DNA of 63,936 bases, counting the filler, from Thraustochytrium aureum (taxonomy: Eukaryota), in the NCBI GenBank assembly GCA_012862495.1. It is 4 parts of 3 records of this genome, joined end to end, with 100 filler letters (N's around TTAATTAATTAA, not from the genome) between each part and the next. Parts side by side here need not be neighbours in the genome. Positions count along the whole stretch, not along the records: positions 1 to 26,202 come from BLSG01000312.1; 3 more parts are not named here. One strand, written 5' to 3'. A model generated the notes under the pieces. It made no database searches. It worked only from the letters and a program-made list of their open reading frames with translations, and was not told the DNA's origin. The translations under genes were made by a program, and so were the position numbers. How positions within the stretch are numbered: position 1 is the stretch's first letter; the number at the start of each line of letters is the position of its first letter. Of the stretch, positions 9,038 to 19,699 are shown piece by piece.

Positions 9038-12000
9038 TTACTGCGAGTGCAACTCGCGGAGGTGCCAGCCGTCCGCGCCCTCGGCGTCACCGAGCCGAAG
9101 CTCCTGCGTGTGCAGGTCCTCAAGGGCCAGACGCTGCGAGATCGTGATGAGCGTCGTGCCGCGCTCGTGGGCAAGCTCGTACAGGCGGCGCTCNNNNNNN
9201 NNNNNNNNNNNNNNNNNNNNNNNNNNNNNNNNNNNNNNNNNNNNNTGGAGTACCGTGTCCGTGGTTGGCGGCGCGGAAGCAGCCCGCTCGGCCGGCTTCA
9301 CGTGCGACTCTGCTATCACAAAAAGCGGGGTAGCAGCGGACGGGTCGTTCGTGGCTGTGTTTGACAGCTCGCACCAGCTGTGCGTACTGGAGATGGTTGA
9401 GCGGAGCGCGCAATGATGACGACGCGCGGGCCTTGTTGGTCCCGCCGGACGCTTTGTTGGGCCAATGCATAATGGAAAAGGTAGCGTCAAAAGAAAACAG
9501 ACTGCACTGCAAAAGTCTGACTTGGCTTTCTCAAAGGCCTCGACCCGTGCAATCGCGATATGAGCATGTGAAAATCATGCCAGGTCGACTCGCGATCGAC
9601 CCAAGAGTCGCGTGTATTGGCCTGATTCTCGCGTAGCTCACAGACGTAGGTTTTGGCCACATGAACTTGGCTTTCTCGTGGCCTCGACCCGTGCAAGTCC
9701 CCTCAGTGCGACCTGAGACGCAGCCATGCCTGGCTGCGCAGAATCACGGCAAACAGTGTTCGGATCGAGCCATTCCGATGCGCTGCTGCTCGCCCAGGCT
9801 CAGCACGTCCTCCCACTTGGCAGTCTTGTGCCAGCCGACCTTGCCGTCGTAATCGCGGTCTACAAGGCGCTCGACGCCGACCTCGTCAAGGAGCTGGCGG
9901 AGCTGGCGGTCGTGCGCGTCAGTGAACTGGTCCTCCGGGATAACCTCCGGGTAGGTCACCTGGTTGGCGAGCGTTCCAGTCACCGAGTACGGGCGCTGCG
10001 GGATGAGGAAGATCTGCTTGGGCGTCACCACGTCGTCCTCGTTGCAGGGGCGCGTGATGATGCCCTTCGGGATCGGCCAGAGCCCGCCTAGCGTGCGGAA
10101 GATGCTCGACTTGCCCGACGCGTTCGGGCCGGTGACGATGAGGCCCTTGCCCGGCTCCACCCGGAAGGAGAGGTTGGAGGCGATGCAGGTCTCCCCTGGC
10201 GCCACAATGTCGACATTGGAAAACGTGATCGAGCCGTCCTTGGAAGGGAGCACAGCGCCCTCGTCCTCGAGCGCCTCGTGGTGCTCGACGGCGGCACGGT
10301 GGCGCTGCTGGCTGGCGGCAACGTCCTCCAGGACATACATGAGGTCCGTGACCGTCTCGAGGGTCCCCACAAAGGTGCCGATGGTCTCTTGAAGGTCAAA
10401 AGCGTCCCCAAAGCTCTTGAAGCTGCGCATCACCGTCTGCTGGAGGTGCTCGCCGCGCTGAGAGATCTCGGAACCGTCCCCACTGACGACGGCTTCGTCG
10501 TCGGCAAAACCCTGCGCGTAGAGCATGCGGAGCGCAAAGGCGATGAGATCGGGCGCCTGCTTGAGACTAAAGTTGGAAAACAGGTTGAAGCGCAGGGTCT
10601 GCAGCTGCGAGTCCTCGACGTGGTCAGAGAGCGCCTTGAAGTGGCGCTCGGCGACGCCGTGCTCGACCTCGTCGCCGCCAAAGAAGGCCACCGACTCGGT
10701 GTGCTCCACCAGCCGGTTGTGCACGAAGCGGAAGCGGGCCTCCAGCGCGGACTCGTCCTTGCGGATCTGGCGAAAGTTGGGCACCAGGTACTGCATGACC
10801 AAAAAGCCGCCCAGCATGTAGCCGGACGTGTAGGTCACGCCGCGCGCGCCGAGTACGCGGTACAGCACGACCGAGTTGTACGTGATGTCAAAGGCCGGCT
10901 TGAGCAGCGAGGTCCAGAGCTCGGTGAGCGCGATCGAAAGCGACTCGACCTGCTCGGTGAGGCGGTCGTCCGGGTCGGGGATGCGATCGTCGTGGTTCTT
11001 GACGTCGTAAAAGGTGTTGAGGTGGAACCACTTGTCCATCAGGTAGGTTGTGAGGCGCTTGCGCCACTCGAGGTTGAGGTACCACTTGTGAAGCATGAGT
11101 TGCGCGTCGAAGACGGCCAGAAAGGTGCGGAAAAACGCGCCGGCGCCCACCGCGCGAACAAACACGCCCCACTTGTTCTGCATCACCGTCGACAAGATGT
11201 ACCCGTCGTACCGCGCGATCGCGTCCGCCAGCAGCGTCTTGCCCACGACGAGACCCGCAAGCAACAGGATGCGGTGCATCTCCGGGTCGGCCAGGGAGGC
11301 GCCGTTGGGCATAAACTTGTCCAGGACGTCCTTGAGCCGCTGCATGACGGAGACTTTTCGCATACCGGTTCNNNNNNNNNNNNNNNNNNNNNNNNNNNNN
11401 NNNNNNNNNNNNNNNNNNNNNNNNNNNNNNNNNNNNNNNNNNNNNNNNNNNNNNNNNNNNNNNNNNNNNNNNNNNNNNNNNNNNNNNNNNNNNNNNNNNN
11501 NNNNNNNNNNNNNNNNNNNNNNNNNNNNNNNNNNNNNNNNNNNNNNNNNNNNNNNNNNNNNNNNNNNNNNNNNNNNNNNNNNNNNNNNNNNNNNNNNNNN
11601 NNNNNNNNNNNNNNNNNNNNNNNNNNNNNNNNNNNNNNNNNNNNNNNNNNNNNNNNNNNNNNNNNNNNNNNNNNNNNNNNNNNNNNNNNNNNNNNNNNNN
11701 NNNNNNNNNNNNNNNNNNNNNNNNNNNNNNNNNNNNNNNNNNNNNNNNNNNNNNNNNNNNNNNNNNNNNNNNNNNNNNNNNNNNNNNNNNNNNNNNNNNN
11801 NNNNNNNNNNNNNNNNNNNNNNNNNNNNNNNNNNNNNNNNNNNNNNNNNNNNNNNNNNNNNNNNNNNNNNNNNNNNNNNNNNNNNNNNNNNNNNNNNNNN
11901 NNNNNNNNNNNNNNNNNNNNNNNNNNNNNNNNNNNNNNNNNNNNNNNNNNNNNNNNTTCTGCGGGAGGTAGAAGATGGACGCGTTGAGGCCCGGGTCGCC

Positions 12001-13521
12001 GCCCCCAGGCTTGGTGATGACGCCGCCCTCCGGCAGCGGCCAGAGGGCCCCGAGGCACCTAAAGATCGACGACTTGCCGGACCCGTTGACACCTGTCAGC
12101 AGCATGCTCGTGCCCGCCTCGATGTGAAAAGTTGAGATCCTTGACCAGAAGCTGGCCCGTGGGCGTGAAAATCTGCGCGTCCTGGAACTCGATGCGGTCC
12201 ATGTTGTTGCGGAAAGTCGTGTCGGAGGCCTTTTGGGCGTCAAAGCGCTCCAGAGTGTCGTAGAGCTCCGTGAGACGCTTGGCCGGGCCGCGCATGTTTT
12301 GCAGCTGGCGCAGCACGGCGATGATCGTGCCCTGTGCCGACATGGCGCGGATAAAGTACTCTGTGAGGAAGCGGATCTCGCTGAAGAGCGCCGCGTTCGC
12401 GTTCACCTTTTCTTGCGGCGTCTTTGCAGCGAGCAGGGCCTGCTTGACTTGCGTGGTGGGCAGAATGTACTTGCCCACGATGAGCGCCTCCGCGAACGAG
12501 TGGCCGCCGTACTCGAAGAGCGCCGAGGTGGCAAACTGGAACAGCGAGGCGTCGCGAACAAACTTGACGCAGTACGCCAGGAAGTCGTTCCAGTTGCGCT
12601 CGATGATGGCGCGCTCCAGGTCGTTGCCCTGGTAGGCGCAAATGGCCTCCGAGTGGGTGAGGAGGCGCGTTTGCGACTTTTGGTAGACCCCGCGGCGGTC
12701 CAGCATGCCGCGCCAGCGCTTGCTCCAGTTGGGAGCCAGCGAGAACGAGAGCCGAAACGCGACGTAAAAATACATCAACGGCGAGACGGCGTACGGCAGA
12801 GACGAGATCGTGGTCAGCTTGTAGGTGAACCAAATCCCGCTCGTGAGCGCCGCCGAGAGCTTCTCCATCTCGTCGGCCAGGCCCTTGCAGAATCGGCGCG
12901 GATCGCGCGTGATGCGCTCCTCCACGTCGGCGATCTGGCTCTTGTTCATGTGGCTGATCTTGTAGTAGTTCATGTTGTGAAAGTACCTGCGGTGCAGTTG
13001 GCGAGTCAGCTTTTCGCGCCACACGAGCGTCAGCCGCTCCTTGAGGAAGCGGTGGATGGCAAAGATTGCCGAGCTCAGCACGCTCAGAACGACCGTCTCG
13101 CGGATGATGCGCCCGAACATGGCCTCGTTGCGTTTGTAGGTCGCCTCCATCAGGTCGCGCTTGATGTAGACCATGCGGTTCTGGTGCCAGGTGCGCAGCA
13201 CCGAGACGGCAAAGATGGCCAGGAGCTCGCTCTGGCCCACGTTGCCGTCCGGGTCGGCAGCCAGCTGGCGCGCGACTTGCCGAACGGCCAGAGCCGCCAA
13301 AAAATCTGCACCATCGGATTCTCCTTCTTCCCGCTGCGCTTCTTGCGCGGTTTGCCGTCGGCACCGACCGCGCCGGCATCGCCTTCTTCCTTGGCCTTGC
13401 GCGCCTTGGCTTTGGCCTTGAGCAGCGCAGCGCGTTGCTGCTGCGCCAGATACAGGGCCCCGGCCACCACGGCAGCCATCGTCAACCGCCTCGTCATGTT
13501 GCTCCCGCTCGTCGTCGCCAT
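9038..13521 (-). CDS. Full-size (TMD-NBD-TMD-NBD) peroxisomal ABCD-family transporter; gapped, with frameshifts near 13262 and 12128 and an interruption at about 9246-9764
   Basis: Two EAA-like motifs (HSEAICAYQG, HTESVAFFGG), two Walker A motifs (GVNGSGKSS, GPNASGKSS), WEDVLSLGEQQRIGMAR, and a terminal segment ERRLYELAHERGTTLITISQR ending at TAA 9038-9040. Confidence 0.92.
9246..9416 (+). CDS. C-terminal fragment of a WD40/beta-propeller-like protein lying antisense within the ABCD locus
   Basis: FTCDSAITKSGVAADGSFVAVFDSSHQLCVLEMV-stop resembles a terminal WD40 blade. The 5' part lies in the N gap. Confidence 0.45.
   Translation, partial: WSTVSVVGGAEAARSAGFTCDSAITKSGVAADGSFVAVFDSSHQLCVLEMVERSAQ
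9520..9696. repeat. About 32-bp imperfect direct repeat flanking an ~80-nt imperfect hairpin
   Basis: ACTTGGCTTTCTC...GGCCTCGACCCGTGCAA at 9520 and 9665. Between them, tgagc-atgtgaaaatcatgcca pairs with tggcctgattctcgcgt-a-gctca (9561-9640). Confidence 0.8.
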
Positions 13522-13554
13522 TTTTCTTCAGCAGCCTCGGCCAGACACGGCCAG

Positions 13555-13572
13555 CACGCACGCACGAATGAA

Positions 13573-13602
<30 letters not shown>
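13555..13602. repeat. (GCAC)n microsatellite just upstream of the ABCD start codon
   Basis: Visible tetranucleotide run. Confidence 0.9.
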
Positions 13603-13603
<1 letters not shown>

Positions 13604-14792
13604 TGCCGAGCAGCGCACGCAGGTTGCGGGTCTGCCGGCTCGCTCGCTGCTCGGCCTCGCTGGTCAGTTGGTCCGTGTCGGTCGTCCCTTTGGCCCTAAC
13701 CCTCGCCCTACCCCAAATCCGGCGGCGGGCCCCTGCTCGTTTTGCGAAATCCGCCTGCGTCGCGCTTGATTCCGTCCCTCTCGCCGGGCGTTTTTATTGC
13801 CTCTATGGGCAAGATTCTGGGTGCTGGGATTTGCGGTAGATACGGGTTTACAGCGCGAAAGCGCCGTTTCAAACGAGGTTTTATGACATTTCACGCGTCT
13901 CGGTGCGGCCCCGCCGTTACGGCGTGCAACTATTAACAAAACGCATAAATAAGCCATAGATTCGAATTGAGGCGACGGTGTCTGGTGGGGCTCACGTGCG
14001 ATGCACGAGGGGGTAACGTGACGCAGGCGGACCTGATCGGACGCAGAATGTGTTTGGTTGCGCCATGTGTCAGGTCCGGTCGGCCGTGATGGCTGGCTGG
14101 CTGGCTGGAGAGCTGGCTGGAAAGCTGGCGGAAGGCGAGCTGGGCGCAGACGCAAGCCCATGACGCTTCTTCGATCTGTGCATTGCGGCAAGCCGTTGCC
14201 GCAAACCGGGCTTCAGGTTTCCGAGGCGGATTTCCGGACGTCCCTCGCTCACGTCTTGCCGTCGAAGCACATGACCGCACAGTCGCACAGTGCACAATAT
14301 CGATCGGTACCGAGTTCTCACGTTTCGTCGCGCTGTGGTCTCGACATCGCCAGGTGTTGGTTGATGGATGATGAGCCGTGGCCGAAGCTGAATTGGCAAC
14401 GAGCGTCCGAGAGGCGGATCGCCAAGACACGTGGTGCCGGGCTGAAGACGGCGCGGGAACCCCTTGTGCGGGCCTGCCAGCCTGCCTGCCAGCCTGCTTG
14501 CCCACCTTGGAAGATCTCGACTTACGCGGCTCGAGTAAGTACATACTGCGGGCGGGCGGCCTGCGTCACAAATGGTCAACAACTCGAAGTTGGGCTTCCC
14601 GCAACGACCGTCTTCGAATCGCATCGCTTGGCGACTTGCTCTGGCGGGGACCGGCAGGCCAGGAAGATGGAATGCAAGCCGATGCGCTCGATGCGCCGGA
14701 TCGAGCAACCTCCTTGGTTCGATTTACTACTGAGCTCGTTCGAGGCAGAGACGCAGGGCCCGCGGTATTGCGCGAATAGCAGCGGCTGGCAC

Positions 14793-15111
14793 TCACGTGC
14801 CCTTGAGGCCCTGGATGCGGCTGCGCATGTCGAACTGCCCCCTCTTGCAGATCACGTACGCGTTGCGAAACATCTTTGCGGGAAGCAAGTCGCTGCCCGT
14901 CAGCAGGGGAGAAGCTCTGCCGATCCCGCCTTCCGGCCCGCGGTGCATCCCTCCCAGCGCCCCCAGCCTCGCCAGCACGACTTACCTTGCACTCCTCCGC
15001 CTCGCGCACGCAGTCCTTCATGGACTTGCCGCTTTTGACGCAGTCAGACTGGGCAAGACACCGCTTCAGCGTGTCCGCGGAATCTTGGCACGACCTCGAC
15101 TGGCCGCCCAT
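14793..15111 (-). CDS. COA5: Cytochrome c oxidase assembly factor 5 (Pet191), two exons (15111-14986, 14873-14793)
   Basis: Spliced product MGGQSRSCQDSADTLKRCLAQSDCVKSGKSMKDCVREAEECK|MFRNAYVICKRGQFDMRSRIQGLKGT has the Pet191 Cys spacing and the CKRGxxDxRxR motif. Confidence 0.92.
14874..14985 (-). other. Spliceosomal intron in COA5 (112 bp)
   Basis: GTAAGT donor, GCTGAC branch site, CAAAG acceptor, phase 0. Confidence 0.92.
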
Positions 15112-15637
15112 TACGCACGCTCGGGCCGCTTGGCCGGACCTTCCGCCGCGTCCCACGACAGGCGGGCGGGCGGGCGCAGAGCGCGTCGGTATCCCTGGCT
15201 GTCTGCTTGCTTTGCTTTGTACGGCGGGGCCGCGGAGGCCTGTGCTGCTCCGGCGACAAAGGAGCTTTGTGTGGTGTTTTNNNNNNNNNNNNNNNNNNNN
15301 NNNNNNNNNNNNNNNNNNNNNNNNNNNNNNNNNNNNNNNNNNNNNNNNNNNNNNNNNNNNNNNNNNNNNNNNNNNNNNNNNNNNNNNNNNNNNNNNNNNN
15401 NNNNNNNNNNNNNNNNNNNNNNNNNNNNNNNNNNNNNNNNNNNNNNNNNNNNNGTTTCGCACCTGCTAGAGCCAAACGGCCTCGCGCCCTGCTCTTGCGA
15501 GAGCGAGAGCGCTCCAGGCGCTGGACCTTGAGAGGTTGCCAAGCTGTGCGCGCAGGCATGCCGCTGCGCGAAGCAAGCCCACAGCGGAGCCAAACCCGTG
15601 CCGCAAGGTTGCCACGCAGCGAAAAACGTCGTTTAGT

Positions 15638-18600
15638 TTACACGTTTTCGTCCTGCGCGCCGGTAGCTGAGCGGCGCTCGCGGGACAGCACGTGGAGCAA
15701 TATCTCAACCTCGTCAGCAGAAAGCACCGACTCCACCATACCCCTTTGCTCGCGAATGCGGCTCTCCAACGCCTTCAAAGTCTCCTCTGCGACCTCAGGA
15801 CCCCCATTGTCGCCGCTGGATTCCGAAATCGTGTCTACGGAGGCTGCTCGAGACCTATCCGATACGGCGCTCGTTGAGCGGAGCGAGCCAGCTCCGGGCG
15901 CGGGGCGGGCGCTATTGTCCTCCTCGCGGCCGTCAACGCCGCCGGCTTCCGTGTCCTCGTCGCTGTCTTTTGCACTCGCCTCCTCGGCCTGAGATCCACT
16001 CGCGTCAGCCTCGACAATCACATCGAGATGCAGCTCCTTTGGCTTTATTTTCCCAGCGAGCAGGTCAAAAGCGCCCAGCGTGCCGTCCGGCGCGTCAAGC
16101 GGGGTCGTTTGTGTGGCGCTGGTATGGTACTCGACATTTTCGAAGGCAAAGGTGACGCCGTCTTGGAAAAACACCGGGTACGCGTTTCTGACAAGGTCTG
16201 CGTCTGCTTCCAGGATGTCTTTCGCGGCGAACGTGCACAACCGGTTGATAAACTTGACCCAGAAGGGGACGCCCTGGCCTAGCCTGTCCAGCCCAAGCCG
16301 GCCGTAAAAGAACAGCAAGGCAAGCCCATACCTCGACATGAAATGGCGCGTTTGGTTCGGTCGCGTGAAGCCGTGGAGCATGGCTCGCTCAATCCACGTG
16401 GGACTGATGAGCAAGTTGCCCTTCAAGTCGAGCAAGAGCTCCTGATCGACCCAGCTCGCGCGGTCAGCGATCTACAGAACCGCCCCCTCGCCGCGCGCGG
16501 GGCTGTCCCAGCGCGGCGCAACCCGCCGTTCAAAACTTACGATTCCCACATGCTGGTATCCGCTGTGCGAGCTGCCTTTGAAGAGCCGAGGTGGCGTCTT
16601 CGGTATTATGTCACTTGCGAGAACAAACCTGTGCGAGCACGGCACCATGCGGCGGAAGCGCTGCGAAAACGGTAGTTGCACATGCGCGGACAGCCAAACG
16701 TGGTGCAGCCCACGCAGGGATTGTTCCGCCCCCCTTCGTCGCCGCAGCGATGATGCAGGCAAAGTCGAAGGCGCAGAGGCTTGCAAGCCCGCCGCCCAGC
16801 GAGTGGCCCGAGCAAAGCAGAGCGCGCACCTGGACAAGGCCGTGAGCGTCTTCGCCCAGCACCAGGTCGCGGATTATCTCCACAAGCTCGCCACGAACAG
16901 ACTCGTAGGCTCGCAGAAACCCGGTGTGAACTTTGGGCGCCTTGGCGGCCGCCTTTGAGGCTGCCAAAGTACTCATACTGTGGATTTGCGGCAGCGGCTC
17001 GACGAGCGCCGCGCCCTCATGGACAATAAGCCCAAACTCGAGGTCGGTCTTGACGTTTGCCGAGGATACGGTGCCTCGAAAGGCAACACAAACGCGGTCC
17101 TTGCCAACCACCACAATGGCATGCGTGTCGGTTTCGCGATTCCAAATGTGCCTGACGAGCTCCAAGTCCGGGCTCTCAATCATCGCCTGCTCGTCCTCCG
17201 CGGACACATCTTGCGTTTCGGAGCTCATCATGTACACGACTTGGGCAAGGCTAAAGTTGAGAACCTCCGTCTCCAGAACAAGTACCCTGCTCCGGACCTG
17301 AGCCATTGCGAGCCAGCCCGCAATGCTGTTTTCTGCCTTGAAATCGCGCGCCGCTAAAAGTGTGGCCTGCATAGCGTTGCCATGGTCCAACATCGTGCCC
17401 GCGTTGGTCACTGCTCGCAGCGCACGCTGTTCCACGCTCCGCCGCTCTTCCACCGTTTCGGGACCAAAGAACATGTCTAGGTTTCGCGCCAAAGCAGACC
17501 GCTCTTCTGCCTGTGGGGCAGGTTCAAGCATGCGCGCGGATTCCTTTCGCATCATGTTTGAGGCGCTGGCAAAGGCAGCGCTGCGGCTCTCGGTTTGAAG
17601 CAACTCGCGAAAGGTCGCTTCGAACGGCAGGAAAATCGGGTTGTCCTCGTAGAACGACCCCAGCAACCTGTCCTCGAGATCGTCGGGGTCCTCTGGGTCG
17701 CAATTTTCACCGACGTGGCTCGACTCGTCATGAATGGTATCGCAAGCCTGGGCGGCCCCTGCTTGCCCACCCTCTTCGCGCTTGCGCTTGACGAGGGCTC
17801 GAGGCAGGGGGGGGCAGGATCTGCATTCTCCACCGGCTCAGAGTCTGCGGTTCGCAGATCCGAGAGCCCACGGCGGCCAGTGGCAGAAGGGGCGGCTTTC
17901 CCGCCAACCCCCGGCTTTTGCACTGCGCGTATGGGCCCACCAGGGAGACGACTGAGCTGGCCGAGTTGGCCGACGGGCACAAACCAACCGAGAAACCCGA
18001 CCGAGTCGGGCGGGAGCATCACGAAGGACAGGAGGGCCAACTCGACCGAGAACAAGAGCGTTGCGCACAGGAAGGTCGCAGTCGAGCTCGTTATGCCGAC
18101 TTGAGCGAGTGGCGAGAGCTCTCGCGTCACGTTGCCCGCGTCGTCAAAGGTGAATCTGAACAACCAGAGCGCCAACGGGGGTGCGGACACCTCGACCAAG
18201 CACATTAGCCCGATCGTGAAGATGAGGCACCAGTTGAGCACCATGTAAAACGCAAACCCGAGGTAATTGGCCCGGTTGAGCGCGTATGGCACGGTGCCCA
18301 TCGTCTTATTGACGCGCTTGGCGATTCCGACCTCAACCGCAATCATCCAGCACTCGACACAGACCAGGACGACCGTGGAAATCGCGCGTGAAAACCCGTC
18401 TGGGTACACTTTCGGGCTGCAGTACGAGGCCCCGCTCGCGTCCGATGCTACGCACACGCGCAGCACCGTGATCAGTCCAAAGATCGGAAATATGCTCGGC
18501 TGGAAGTCGAAGACGAGGCTGAGGATGGCGAAGAGCAGAAAGTAAAATACCTGGAGGAAAAAGTACCGCCAGGACAGAGCGCGCCGAATGACGCCTCGGT

Positions 18601-19699
18601 TGCTCGTCTCGTCGAGGCACCTCGCTTGGGAGCAGCACAAGCAGCAGCAGCAAATAAAGTAGCACGAGCAGAGGCCTATCCTATTGGACACTTCCGCGAT
18701 GCTCTCGAAAGCGCGCGTCACTGTACGGCGTACAGCGCTCCATGACTTTGAGAGGCAGGCTTTGACGCGTGACGTGCTGACCGCTGAGCTTTGCTGCGCC
18801 GCTGCGCGGTGCGCAACTGCGTACCCCTCTTCTTCGACCATGACGGACGCGGGCTCGGACGGTTGGGCAGCTCTCGTCTGCTGTCCAGCGTCCTCTGTCG
18901 GCGTACCTTGGTCCATCTTCATCGCGAGCAGGAGTTCTGCGCCGGTACGCGTACCTTCGTCCGGATCCAAAGCCAGGTGCAAGCGTTCCCGGCGCGCGGC
19001 GCGACGGATCGCTTCTTTCTCCTCGTCCGTCTTCTCAAGCTTGTGCTTGAGCCCTTTGGTGAACTGGTCGAAGATGCCGAGAAACCATGTGAAGTACAGG
19101 TTGGCAAAGAGGATGATCACCACCGATGAGATGTTAGAATTGACAGTGTCCCCGCTTGCCAAGATCTGCGCAAGCACTTCTGTCCTGTTCCCTTTCACCG
19201 TGTAAACGAGCTCCCAGTAGCTGACAACGCCAAAGATGCTGTACTCGGGCACGAAAAACCAGATCAGTGCGCACAGAATGAGCAGCACCTGCTGCGGCAG
19301 CGCGCGCTTCCGCTTGGCTCGGCAGTACGCTCGAACCACGATGCGCTGGCCGAAGACAGCGACTACCCAAAACTCCAAAATGATGCAAAGCGTGAGGATT
19401 ACCCCAATCAAGTAGGCTGTGGCCTTGGCGATTCCGTCGTGTTCGAGAAAGCCGTTCTGCACGGCAATCGCAAAGACTTGCGCGCCCCAAGCGAGGATCG
19501 TAAAGCACGAGAACGCAGCGATGAGACCGATCATCTCCCTGTTCTTCAGCACCTCGAGCTTCGTCAGTGGTGTGCCGACCTCGAACAGCTCCTCTTCAGC
19601 AAACTTGAGCCGCCGCGCCTTCCTTCGACGGCTTCGTGGAGTCTTCGCTCTCGCCCTTCTCCCCGGGCATCGCGCAGCTCTCTCCACGGTCGGCGCCAT
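15638..19699 (-). CDS. Large multi-TM protein with a C-terminal class-3 lipase domain (intron 16442-16540; three homopolymer frameshifts near 17696, 16731 and 16667)
   Basis: About 8-9 hydrophobic helices, then VAFRGT, VHTGFL, GHSLGG, TTFGCPR, DIIPKTPP and GYQHVG motifs of Lipase_3, distributed across adjacent frames. Confidence 0.88.
16442..16540 (-). other. Spliceosomal intron in the lipase gene (99 bp)
   Basis: GTAAGT donor, GCTGAC branch site, CAG acceptor. Removal joins YQHVGI|ELLLDLKGN. Confidence 0.88.

Noticed and set aside
9561..9640. SECIS element
   Set aside because: The TGA/GA quartet is not in register with the stem, and no upstream in-frame TGA selenoprotein ORF is evident.
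13694..13714. Telomere-like CCCTAACCCTCGCCCTACCCC
   Set aside because: Only one exact CCCTAA unit; too short and degenerate.
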